Source: a bacterium (lineage in GTDB: Bacteria > DUMJ01). Taken from it: a stretch of DNA of 42,511 nt. The DNA lies in NCBI GenBank assembly GCA_049970495.1, contig JBMFMV010000008.1, positions 1 to 42,511 on the forward strand, written 5' to 3'. The position numbers and the translations under genes are program-made. Below the pieces are notes generated by a model. It did not search any database and was not told where the DNA came from. It saw only the letters and a list, made by a program, of their open reading frames with translations. Each line of letters begins with the position of its first letter. The first letter of the stretch is position 1. Below are positions 19,501 to 28,289 of the stretch, piece after piece.

Positions 19501-19833
19501 ATGGAAAGAGCTAGAGAATCTGAGAAGGAATTTAGATATGGGAACTGGGGTCCCAAATATATAATGAGGGGACCACGTATTGAATGGGGAGTGCTTAAAC
19601 TTATACCAGGGAAGGAGTTAGGAACACACTATCATAAGGAAGTAGAAGAGACATTCTATGTAATCTCAGGTAAGGCTCAGATGATAATAGATGGAAAAAA
19701 TTTTGATATTTCAGCAGGGGATGCTATAAGGGTTGAGGCTCCAGAAGAACATAATATTATAAATCCATCTGAAGATTTTCTTGCCATATTTATAAAATCT
19801 CCATACTTACCTGAGGATAAATACACAAAATAA
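19501..19833 (+). CDS. Cupin domain protein
   Basis: HYHKEVEETFYVISG and AGD...EEHNI metal-binding cupin motifs. Confidence 0.88.
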   Translation: MERARESEKEFRYGNWGPKYIMRGPRIEWGVLKLIPGKELGTHYHKEVEETFYVISGKAQMIIDGKNFDISAGDAIRVEAPEEHNIINPSEDFLAIFIKSPYLPEDKYTK

Positions 19834-19839
19834 ACCCTA

Positions 19840-20859
19840 CTAGCGCTCCCCTTTTTCTCTAGATAATAAGTTTCTATTTTTAAATACTACTAATAGTCCT
19901 ATTAGGATTATCGAGTAATAGGTAGTAATTCTGAATATAGTTATACCTAAAAGTAGGAGTCTAGGGAAAAAACTTAACTCTTTAAAGGCTGTATAGAGTA
20001 TTGCCTCTGTTCCTCCGCTTGCTCCTGGGGTTGGAATATAGGAAGCTAGTGACGAGAGTAAGGTCTGGACGCTAAAGAATGTAAAAAAGTTTATCTTTAA
20101 TCTTGTAAGGCTCACTATAGGCAGAAAGAGAAGATAAGAGTATAATAATATCAAGACAAGCATTAGGGAGAAGTCAATTAGTATTATCTTTTTATTCTTC
20201 CATAACTCATTGGCGCTTAATTTTAAATTGTCTATCCACCTATAAACCTTTTTCTCCCATCTTTCTATAAAATTTTTCAGTCTATTTATCCTTTTAAGGC
20301 TTATAATGATAAGTTTAAATAAATCTGGTCTCATCATAGCTAGCCAGGTAAGTCCGGTTGATAATAAACTGCTACCAAAACCTAAGACTATTATTGTCTT
20401 ACCAATATTCCATTGTGGTAGTTTAGGTATAATGAATAAGAGTGCATAGATATCGATACCTAGCACTATTAAAAGATACTCAAATGTCCTAAAAATAATC
20501 ACATTCGTAGCAGTTTCACTTCTTATCCCTTTTCTTGTCAAAAAGTATATCTGAAATGGCTGTCCCCCCATAGAGGATGGAGTCACTGCGGAAAAGAATG
20601 AGTATAAAATACAAGCTTCTAAGGCATCTATATAGCTTATCTTTTCTTTAAGAATAGATATAACCATATGGAGTTTGAATCCATCTATAAAGATACAGAC
20701 TAGATTTATGATTAGTCCTATAAAGATTAGCTCTAGTACTTCTTTACTTATAAGATCAGATATTAAGACCTTTTCCCTAAATGCAGAGTTAATAACTAAG
20801 ATCACAGATATACTGGCTAAAAGGGCTAATAATACATTTATAATAATCTTACGATTCAT
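19840..20859 (-). CDS. Lysylphosphatidylglycerol synthase TM-region / flippase-like membrane protein (UPF0104)
   Basis: Multiple TM helices; FFSAVTPSSMGGQP, IPTPGASGGTE, FRITTYY. Confidence 0.85.
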   Translation of the reverse strand: MNRKIIINVLLALLASISVILVINSAFREKVLISDLISKEVLELIFIGLIINLVCIFIDGFKLHMVISILKEKISYIDALEACILYSFFSAVTPSSMGGQPFQIYFLTRKGIRSETATNVIIFRTFEYLLIVLGIDIYALLFIIPKLPQWNIGKTIIVLGFGSSLLSTGLTWLAMMRPDLFKLIIISLKRINRLKNFIERWEKKVYRWIDNLKLSANELWKNKKIILIDFSLMLVLILLYSYLLFLPIVSLTRLKINFFTFFSVQTLLSSLASYIPTPGASGGTEAILYTAFKELSFFPRLLLLGITIFRITTYYSIILIGLLVVFKNRNLLSREKGER

Positions 20860-20866
20860 TAGATTA

Positions 20867-20892
20867 ATTATAACATCTAATTGTAGTATAAT
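20867..20892. promoter_or_regulatory. Back-to-back -10 elements for the flippase-like gene (-) and acpS (+)
   Basis: Minus strand TGtTATAAT (20875-20867) ends 7 nt before the ATG; plus strand TATAAT at 20887-20892 ends 11 nt before the acpS ATG. Confidence 0.55.
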
Positions 20893-20903
20893 AGTAGTTA
20901 GCT

Positions 20904-21266
20904 ATGTTAGGAATAGATATTGTAAGTGTAGAAAGGATAGAGAGAGTTATAAAAAGGAAAGAGAGATTTTTATCTAGAGTGTTCTCTCAAGATGAGATTG
21001 AAGAGGTAAGACATCGAAAGAGATTCTATGAAGCACTGGCTGGTAAATTTGCCTGCAAAGAAGCAGTGATAAAGGCTCTAGGTGGAGGACTTTCCCCTAA
21101 AGATATATCTGTTATGCACAGAAAAGATGGTTCTCCTTATGTTATATTGAGTGATAGAGCCAAGAAAAAGTTTGAAAGTTTTATGGTAAACAGCATAGTA
21201 GTAAGTATAAGCCATGACGGAGGATTTGCAGTCGCAATAGCTATGTTAGAAAAGGAAGCAATATAA
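20904..21266 (+). CDS. acpS: Holo-[acyl-carrier-protein] synthase
   Basis: GIDIV, LAGKFACKEAVIKALG, VSISHD. Confidence 0.93.
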   Translation: MLGIDIVSVERIERVIKRKERFLSRVFSQDEIEEVRHRKRFYEALAGKFACKEAVIKALGGGLSPKDISVMHRKDGSPYVILSDRAKKKFESFMVNSIVVSISHDGGFAVAIAMLEKEAI

Positions 21267-21267
21267 G

Positions 21268-22449
21268 ATGTTGGAGGACCTTAGAAAAAAAGAAGCTAGA
21301 ATAGTAGTTGGGCTAATGTCCGGGACCTCTGCCGATGGGGTTGATGCTAGTATAGTAAGGATAAAGGGACACTCTATAGGGTCTAAGATAGAACTTATAT
21401 ATCATTATCACTATAAATATCCCAAAGATATAAAGGAGCTCCTACACAGATTATTTGATTTTGAGGAAGCTAGTATCCCTCTTCTATCAAATATGAATTT
21501 TCTACTAGGGGAGATCTTTGCAGAAGTAGCTTTGGAGGCAATTAAAGAAGCAGGTTTATCTAAGGATCAGGTGGACCTTATAGCCAGCCATGGTCAGACA
21601 GTCTTTCATTCTCCGTATCCGAAGGAGCTAGGAAATTTTCAAATAAGGTCTACACTTCAGATAGGGGAAGGGGCAGTTATAGCGGAAAGAACAGGCATTA
21701 CTACTATATATGATTTTAGGGTTAGGGATATGGTAGTAGGAGGTCAAGGAGCCCCTCTAGTCCCTTTTGCAGATTGGATATTATTTAAAAGCGATAGAGT
21801 TAGTAGAGGTATCCTTAATATAGGGGGAATAGCGAATATAACTATCTTACCTAAGAATGCAGATATAGACGATGTTATGGCATTTGATACTGGACCAGGT
21901 AATATGGTAATAGATGAAATAGTAAGAATCGTATCTAAAGGCGCATCGGATTATGATGTAGATGGAAACATAGCTAGAAGAGGGGAAGTTTCAGATGAGT
22001 TATTAGAGATGGCATTATCTCATCCGTATTTTGCTATTTCTCCTCCAAAGACAACAGGGAGAGAGGTCTTTGGAAAATCCTTCTCTATTAACATATATGA
22101 AAAGGGCAAGGCTCTTGGACTTAAAGATGAGGATATAGTGGCTACCGCTACTTTTCTTACTGCAATCACCATAGCTCAATCTATTTGCCAAATTGAAATA
22201 GATGAACTTGTTATAGGTGGGGGAGGAGCCTATAATAGTTATTTGGTTAAAATAATCACCAACTTACTCCCTAAGGTAAAAATAAAGACACATGAGGATT
22301 TTGGAATACCAAATCAGGCTAAAGAGGCTTTGGCTTTTGCGATATTAGCTAATGAGGTAGTATTTGACTCTCCCAATAATGTTCCTAGAGCTACCGGCGC
22401 TAATAAAAGGGTAGTGCTAGGTAAAATTGTGCCAGGAGGACAGTTATGA
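21268..22449 (+). CDS. anmK: Anhydro-N-acetylmuramic acid kinase
   Basis: GLMSGTSADGVD, SHGQT, DFRVRD..GGQGAPLVP, LNIGGIAN, FDTGPGN, PKTTGRE, KEALAFA. Confidence 0.95.
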   Translation: MLEDLRKKEARIVVGLMSGTSADGVDASIVRIKGHSIGSKIELIYHYHYKYPKDIKELLHRLFDFEEASIPLLSNMNFLLGEIFAEVALEAIKEAGLSKDQVDLIASHGQTVFHSPYPKELGNFQIRSTLQIGEGAVIAERTGITTIYDFRVRDMVVGGQGAPLVPFADWILFKSDRVSRGILNIGGIANITILPKNADIDDVMAFDTGPGNMVIDEIVRIVSKGASDYDVDGNIARRGEVSDELLEMALSHPYFAISPPKTTGREVFGKSFSINIYEKGKALGLKDEDIVATATFLTAITIAQSICQIEIDELVIGGGGAYNSYLVKIITNLLPKVKIKTHEDFGIPNQAKEALAFAILANEVVFDSPNNVPRATGANKRVVLGKIVPGGQL

Positions 22450-22973
22450 TTCATACTATACTGATTGCTGGTTATGGGGGACAGGGTATTCTATTTATGG
22501 GGCAGTTTTTTGCGCATCTTGGTATGTCTAATAATATGCGAGTAACTTGGGTTCCTTCCTATGGGCCGGAGATGCGTGGAGGTTCCGCTAATTGCACTGT
22601 TGTGATTTCATCTGAGGAGATAAAATTCCCTATAGTGACAAACCCTGAGGCAGTTATACTTATGAATGAGCCCTCATATAAGAGATTCAAAGACAAATTT
22701 TCTCCAAAGTATAAGATAATAAATACATCTCTAATTAATCCAGAACCTAACGATAAAATAATTGGAGTACCGGCGTCTAAAATAGCAGAAGATCTAGGTA
22801 ATGTAAGGGTAGCTAATATGGTGATGGCTGGGAGTTATGTAGAACTTATAAAGGATTTAGATATCTCTAAAGTTGAAGATATTCTCAAAAATATGTTAAA
22901 AGAGAGGGTTAATCTGTTAGATATAAATTTAAAAGCATTTGAGGCAGGAAGAAGATATATTGGAGGTAAATGA
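22446..22973 (+). CDS. 2-oxoacid:ferredoxin oxidoreductase gamma subunit
   Basis: [32 protein letters not shown]. Confidence 0.9.
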   Translation: MIHTILIAGYGGQGILFMGQFFAHLGMSNNMRVTWVPSYGPEMRGGSANCTVVISSEEIKFPIVTNPEAVILMNEPSYKRFKDKFSPKYKIINTSLINPEPNDKIIGVPASKIAEDLGNVRVANMVMAGSYVELIKDLDISKVEDILKNMLKERVNLLDINLKAFEAGRRYIGGK

Positions 22974-24031
22974 TGGAAAGGATTATAGAAAGACTAGTTA
23001 TCCTTTTAAAGATCTCAAGCCCTTCAGGAGAAGAACACAAGATAGCTAAAGTTATAAAGGAGATGGTAGAGAACTGGGGTTATTCAGTTATTCAGGATGA
23101 GATAGGTAATCTGTTTATAAGTTCTAACAAAGTCCCTAAACTATTTCTTAACGCTCATATGGATACAGTAACGCCATGTGACAATGTAAATCCAATTATA
23201 GATGGTGACATAATTAAATCTGATGGAAATACAGTTCTTGGTGCTGATGACAAAGTAGGGCTTGCTGTAATTTTGGAGCTTCTAGAGAACTATAAAGATG
23301 ACCCACTACCTATACAGGTTATATTTACAGTGCAAGAGGAGGTTGGTCTAATAGGAGCAAAGGCAATAAAGAGAAATATGATAAAGGCTCCTTGTGGTTT
23401 TACCTTAGATGCAGGTGGTCCAGTTGGCAATGTAATTATAGGTGCCCCTTCTCAGTATACTTGGACTTATAAGATCTATGGAGTAGCTGCCCATGCAGGG
23501 GCTTATCCAGAAAGGGGAGTAAATGCTATACAACTAGCTTCTAAACTGATCCTTTCTCTCCCTATTGGTAGGATAAATGATATTACTACTGGAAATATAG
23601 GAATAATTTCAGGTGGTAGGGCAACAAACATAATACCAGATGAGGTGGAGATAAGGGGAGAGTATAGGAGTAGAGATGAAGGATATCTTCAAGTCCTATT
23701 GAATAATCTAGAAAAGGCATCAAGTATAGTAGAAGAGGGGGGAGGTAAGACAAGATTAGAATATAGAAAAGAGTATACCCGCTTTGACTTAAAAGATAGT
23801 GAATTCCTAAAAAGGACCATTGATGCTATAAAGAATAGTGGCTTTAATCCCAATACTGTATATATGGGTGGGGGAAGTGATGCAAATATATTCAACGAAC
23901 AAGGGATACCTACTTTACTTTTAGGGATAAGTGGTAGTGAAGCACATTCTACAAGGGAATACGCAAAGATAAGTGAGATCAAAGATGGATATAGATTGAT
24001 TGAATCGGTAGTGAAAATCTTAACCCAATAG
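22970..24031 (+). CDS. M20 family metallopeptidase (peptidase T-like)
   Basis: AHMDTV, GADDK, QEEVG, AHAG..PERG, GGSDAN, AHSTRE. Confidence 0.9.
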   Translation: MMERIIERLVILLKISSPSGEEHKIAKVIKEMVENWGYSVIQDEIGNLFISSNKVPKLFLNAHMDTVTPCDNVNPIIDGDIIKSDGNTVLGADDKVGLAVILELLENYKDDPLPIQVIFTVQEEVGLIGAKAIKRNMIKAPCGFTLDAGGPVGNVIIGAPSQYTWTYKIYGVAAHAGAYPERGVNAIQLASKLILSLPIGRINDITTGNIGIISGGRATNIIPDEVEIRGEYRSRDEGYLQVLLNNLEKASSIVEEGGGKTRLEYRKEYTRFDLKDSEFLKRTIDAIKNSGFNPNTVYMGGGSDANIFNEQGIPTLLLGISGSEAHSTREYAKISEIKDGYRLIESVVKILTQ

Positions 24032-24040
24032 GAGGCGAAA

Positions 24041-24445
24041 ATGATTACTAGTATAGGTCATGTGGCATATAGAGTCTCGAATTTAGAAGAATCCTTAAGG
24101 TTTTATTGTGGTATCCTAGGATTTAAGGAAGCTTTCAGATTATACAATGACCAAGGTGAACTATGGATAGTGTATCTCAAGATAAGCGACGGTAATTTTA
24201 TAGAACTCTTCCCATATAAAGGAGAATTAGAAAAGGGATATGATAATAGGAGCTATCAGCATCTATGTCTTCTTGTGGATAATATAGAAAAGACCTTAGA
24301 GGAACTTTCAAGTAGAGGACTAACAATTCAAGGTAAGCCTAATAAAGGTAAAGATGGAAACTATCAGTACTGGATAACTGATCCTGATGGAAATAGAATT
24401 GAACTTATGCAGATTATGCCTGATTCCTTACAGGCAAAGTCTTAG
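24041..24445 (+). CDS. VOC/glyoxalase family protein
   Basis: GHVAYRVSNLEESLRFY, IELF, HLCL, DPDGNRIELMQ. Confidence 0.9.
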   Translation: MITSIGHVAYRVSNLEESLRFYCGILGFKEAFRLYNDQGELWIVYLKISDGNFIELFPYKGELEKGYDNRSYQHLCLLVDNIEKTLEELSSRGLTIQGKPNKGKDGNYQYWITDPDGNRIELMQIMPDSLQAKS

Positions 24446-24463
24446 ACTAAAGAGGTCTCTTAT

Positions 24464-25600
24464 ATGAGGGGTAAGACATTTCGAATAGGATTTTTGAAAG
24501 AGAAAGACAGAGATACAGGGGTGGTAGTCACAAGACTTACTGATGGAGTGGGGAACAGTATTCACCCTTACTTTACTCAAACACTTGTTTCTGAGGACTC
24601 TAAGATGCTACTTATAGAGTCCACAAGATCGGGTAGGTGGCAACTGTTTAGCCTTGAATTAAATACAGGGCTTATGGTTCAACTCACCGATGATTTTAAT
24701 ATCTCTCCTCATAGATCATGCCTCGATCCAAAGAGGCTTATAGCTTACTACTGGGATGGAAGAATATTAAAATCTGTCGACTTACAGACATTAAAAACAG
24801 AACAGATCTATGTAGCTCCTTATGGCTTTCACACAGGTATACTTTCTCTCTCTGGAGACGGAAGATATCTTGCCTTTGTCTATTCGGAGAATCTGGAGAT
24901 GAGTACAGGTACAGGTGCCCAATATTCTCAGATGCTAGAACATCTATACAGAAGACCTTCCAGTGTAATAATGAGGATAGACTTAGAGGAAGAACGGATA
25001 GAGGCGGTATGGGGAGAAAGGGAGTGGATAAGTCATGTGAATATAAGTCCAGTAGATCCAAATATAATACTCTTTTGTCATGAGGGACCTTGGCATCTAG
25101 TCCAGAGAATGTGGATAGTAAGAGCAGATACCCATGAGATATATCCAATCTTAGAACAGAAAAGATATATAGAAAGAGCAGGACATGAATATTTCACTAA
25201 GAGCGGTAAGATTGTTACTCAGTATAGTGTTAGGGAGACACCAAGGTCTACAGAATGGACATTCTTTGACGTTATATTAGACACAGATGGGACTATCTTA
25301 GGAAAGTATAAGTATCCTGGTCCTTCACCGACACACATTCAAACAAATCCAACAGAAGACCTATTCGTTGGAGATGGGGCCTTCCCCACCTCAGACTTTA
25401 AAGATGGTAGAGATTATATAGGACTTATAAAGCATAGTGAAGACATGTGTAAAGTGATACCACTGTGTCACCACGGCTCTTCTTGGTTAACTCAAGAATC
25501 ACATCCTCATCCTATTTTTACCCCAGATGGTAAGAATGTCATATTTACTTCTGACAGAGAAGGGGTATGCAATGTATATATGACTCCAGTCATAGAGTAG
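24464..25600 (+). CDS. Oligogalacturonate lyase-like beta-propeller (PL22-like), cytoplasmic
   Basis: DRDTG..VTRLT, YFTQ, FCHEGPW..QRMW, GHEYF, QESHPHP..FTPDG, FTSDREG; no signal peptide. Confidence 0.8.
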   Translation: MRGKTFRIGFLKEKDRDTGVVVTRLTDGVGNSIHPYFTQTLVSEDSKMLLIESTRSGRWQLFSLELNTGLMVQLTDDFNISPHRSCLDPKRLIAYYWDGRILKSVDLQTLKTEQIYVAPYGFHTGILSLSGDGRYLAFVYSENLEMSTGTGAQYSQMLEHLYRRPSSVIMRIDLEEERIEAVWGEREWISHVNISPVDPNIILFCHEGPWHLVQRMWIVRADTHEIYPILEQKRYIERAGHEYFTKSGKIVTQYSVRETPRSTEWTFFDVILDTDGTILGKYKYPGPSPTHIQTNPTEDLFVGDGAFPTSDFKDGRDYIGLIKHSEDMCKVIPLCHHGSSWLTQESHPHPIFTPDGKNVIFTSDREGVCNVYMTPVIE

Positions 25601-25606
25601 AAGAGC

Positions 25607-26578
25607 TTAACACCTAAAAAATGAATCTTTTAACGCCTTTATCTTTGTTTTATCCTCAAATACGGCTTGAGTTGTGAATATTATAACACCATCAAGTTTG
25701 TCATCTAATGCAGTTTTTATAACATCTTCAAGATTCTCTACCCTTGAGGGTTCATCTACTGCTTGTACTATCGGTACTACAGCTTTTTTAGTTATATCTT
25801 TTAGATATAAAGAGTATTCTCTGATCCAACTAATAGGAAGTTCGCACATAAGATGATAGACCATCGGAGAAAATACATCTACATGCTGTGATAATGCCTT
25901 AAAATCCTGTGCTATGATTTTAAGAATAGCCCCATCAAACTGATCTTCTCTCCATGGCACAGAAAAGATACCTAGTATAGCATTAGGTTTTATCGATTTG
26001 ATTATCTCCTTAGTCTCTTTACAGAAAGAGGTAATCTGATCACATTTCCATTTAGCCCATCTTTCTAAACTATTCTCTAAGATCCATCTAGCTTTATCTT
26101 GAATAGTTATTCCAGGGATGGTTTCCCCTATGTACTCTTCAAACTTTCTTAGTGATATTTCATCGAAAGAAGACTGTTCAAGCTTTGGATTTGGAATTTC
26201 CCAGTGGCATGGATATCTTATAAAATCAAGCCATAACCCATCTGTGTTGTATCTTTTTAAGATATCTCTTATCTCATTAAGTTTTTCTTCCCTATACCAG
26301 TCTATCGTAGGGTTTACCCCCATATACCATTTGATAGGAGCTAGAGGATTTCCATCTACCCCTATTGGCGCTAAGTCAAGATGCCTTTTTACTAAATCTT
26401 TCCCAGCAAATATTCCTATCTCTACAAATACCTTTGCGCCTTCGTTGTGTATCCTTTCAATTTTATCCTTATTAAGGTCTTTATGGCTTATAAATACCCC
26501 ATTTATATTGTAATCTTTTAAGATCTCACCTCGGTTCCATATAGCTTCCGGCGATCCAAATACTCCTAGTATTTTCAC
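25607..26578 (-). CDS. Putative glycoside hydrolase, GHL10/DUF187-like TIM barrel
   Basis: DGLWLDFIRYP, W.KWKCDQIT, QDF...VDVFSPMVYH, PIVQ. Confidence 0.65.
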   Translation of the reverse strand: MKILGVFGSPEAIWNRGEILKDYNINGVFISHKDLNKDKIERIHNEGAKVFVEIGIFAGKDLVKRHLDLAPIGVDGNPLAPIKWYMGVNPTIDWYREEKLNEIRDILKRYNTDGLWLDFIRYPCHWEIPNPKLEQSSFDEISLRKFEEYIGETIPGITIQDKARWILENSLERWAKWKCDQITSFCKETKEIIKSIKPNAILGIFSVPWREDQFDGAILKIIAQDFKALSQHVDVFSPMVYHLMCELPISWIREYSLYLKDITKKAVVPIVQAVDEPSRVENLEDVIKTALDDKLDGVIIFTTQAVFEDKTKIKALKDSFFRC

Positions 26579-27084
26579 TTTTTCTCCAATGTCTTTATGA
26601 TTTCTCCAATAAACATCCTATGATAGTCTTTCATTGGATAGTTATTATGGATACTTTCATCTAGGAAATTATTAGGGTCTATATCTTGATAGTATATCTT
26701 CTTACAGATAAATACTAACCTTGCCTCGTCAAAATATATCGTTTTATACTCTTCGTCTTCTATGGGGGTTAATCCACTAAGTTTAACCTTATCCACGTTT
26801 CTCCCAGAATATCTTCCACATATATTGAGTGCCTCTTTGTACTCTTCGAAGAAGAATGAGAGTGTAAATAGCTCATTCTCGTTGACAAACTTATAAGTAT
26901 ATCTAGTTGGTCTTATAAAGCAAAAGACAACCTCTTTCCCCCATAGTATACCTAGACTACCCCAACCTGCGGTCATCATATTAAAAGAGTATTTATTTCC
27001 ACTAGATATAAGCATCCAGTCCCTTCCTATAAGGTTAAATGGATTAAGTAGAAGATCTTTCAAAAGAATAGTCTTATGACTCAA
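26575..27084 (-). CDS. Flavin reductase family protein
   Basis: WMLISSG, NMMTAGWG, RPTRYT, SGRNVDK, YHRMFIGEI. TTG at 27084 sits at normal spacing from GGAGG; the GTG at 27093 is part of that Shine-Dalgarno. Confidence 0.85.
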   Translation of the reverse strand: MSHKTILLKDLLLNPFNLIGRDWMLISSGNKYSFNMMTAGWGSLGILWGKEVVFCFIRPTRYTYKFVNENELFTLSFFFEEYKEALNICGRYSGRNVDKVKLSGLTPIEDEEYKTIYFDEARLVFICKKIYYQDIDPNNFLDESIHNNYPMKDYHRMFIGEIIKTLEKK

Positions 27085-27242
27085 ATTATACACCTCCTAG
27101 TTTTTATCTCACATTCTGTAAGTGTCATTTTCAATGATAATATTTTTCATACCCCTTACTACTTTGGGCAGTTCTTCCCATCCTACCCTTTTTAATATCT
27201 TCGGTTTGAAGTTCTGCAGTTTGTTTTAGTATTGAAAAACCA

Positions 27243-28277
27243 TTACAATGTGTCTAAGTATACTTCCTTTCTTTCTCTACTAGACTTATATATAGCAAGT
27301 ATAATCTTTAGTGCCTTTTTCCCCTCCTCTCCTGGTATTAATGGATCTCGGTTGTTCTTTATTGCATCTATCATATCCTGTATAAGAAGCATATGCCCTC
27401 TATATCCTACCGCTCTAGGATCAGATGCTGTACTCCCTATTGCTGTTTCTTGTTCTAATTTGAGCTCTACCCCAGGGACTTCCCACCTGGCTATCCTTTC
27501 TCCATCCACTAAGATACTTCCATCAATACCATGAAATTCTAACCTGTGGTCAAATCCAGGGACTACGGATGTTGTCCCTTCTATTACACCTATTGCTCCA
27601 TTTTTATACTCAAGAACTGAGACTGCCGTATCTTCGACCTCTATTCTTCTAGCTAGCGTCCTTGTATAGGCAAATACAGAACCTACTTCCCCCATAATCC
27701 ACTGCATAAGGTCTATACAGTGGATACCTTGGTTCATTAAGGCTCCGCCGCCATCTAAAGCCCATGTCCCACGCCAATCTCCACTATCGTAATAAGCCTG
27801 ACTTCTAAAATATTTCATATAAGCGTCACCGAGTATAAGTTTACCTATAGCACCTTGAGATATAACCTCTTTTATTTTCTTAAATACACTCTGGGTCCTG
27901 CGTTGAAAGATACAGGCTAATTTCCTATTATACTCTTTACTAGCAGATATCATTGCATCTGCCTGCTCTAAGGTTATAGCCATAGGTTTTTCTGTAATTA
28001 CGTGTTTACCCCTTTTCATAGCCTCTATAGCCATTATAGGGTGTAATCCACTAGGTGTACATATATTTACTATATCTATATCTGGTCTATCTAACATCTC
28101 TTTGTAGTCTAAATACCAGTCACAGTTATACCTCTGGGCAAAACTTCTAGCCCTTTCTTCAACGATGTCTGCTACCGCTACCAATCTGGCATTAGGTGTA
28201 TGAATTATTCCTTCTGCATGATTTGGAGCTATAACTCCGCATCCTATAATAGCAAAGTTAAAAATCTTTTCCTCCAT
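27243..28277 (-). CDS. Gfo/Idh/MocA family NAD(P)-dependent oxidoreductase
   Basis: IIGCGVIA, ICTPSGLH, EKPMA, WRGTWALDGGGALMNQGIH. Confidence 0.92.
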   Translation of the reverse strand: MEEKIFNFAIIGCGVIAPNHAEGIIHTPNARLVAVADIVEERARSFAQRYNCDWYLDYKEMLDRPDIDIVNICTPSGLHPIMAIEAMKRGKHVITEKPMAITLEQADAMISASKEYNRKLACIFQRRTQSVFKKIKEVISQGAIGKLILGDAYMKYFRSQAYYDSGDWRGTWALDGGGALMNQGIHCIDLMQWIMGEVGSVFAYTRTLARRIEVEDTAVSVLEYKNGAIGVIEGTTSVVPGFDHRLEFHGIDGSILVDGERIARWEVPGVELKLEQETAIGSTASDPRAVGYRGHMLLIQDMIDAIKNNRDPLIPGEEGKKALKIILAIYKSSRERKEVYLDTL

Positions 28278-28289
28278 AGTTTCCTCCTC

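Noticed and set aside
26789..26797. DnaA-box-like TTATCCACG
   Set aside because: Single imperfect copy inside a coding region.
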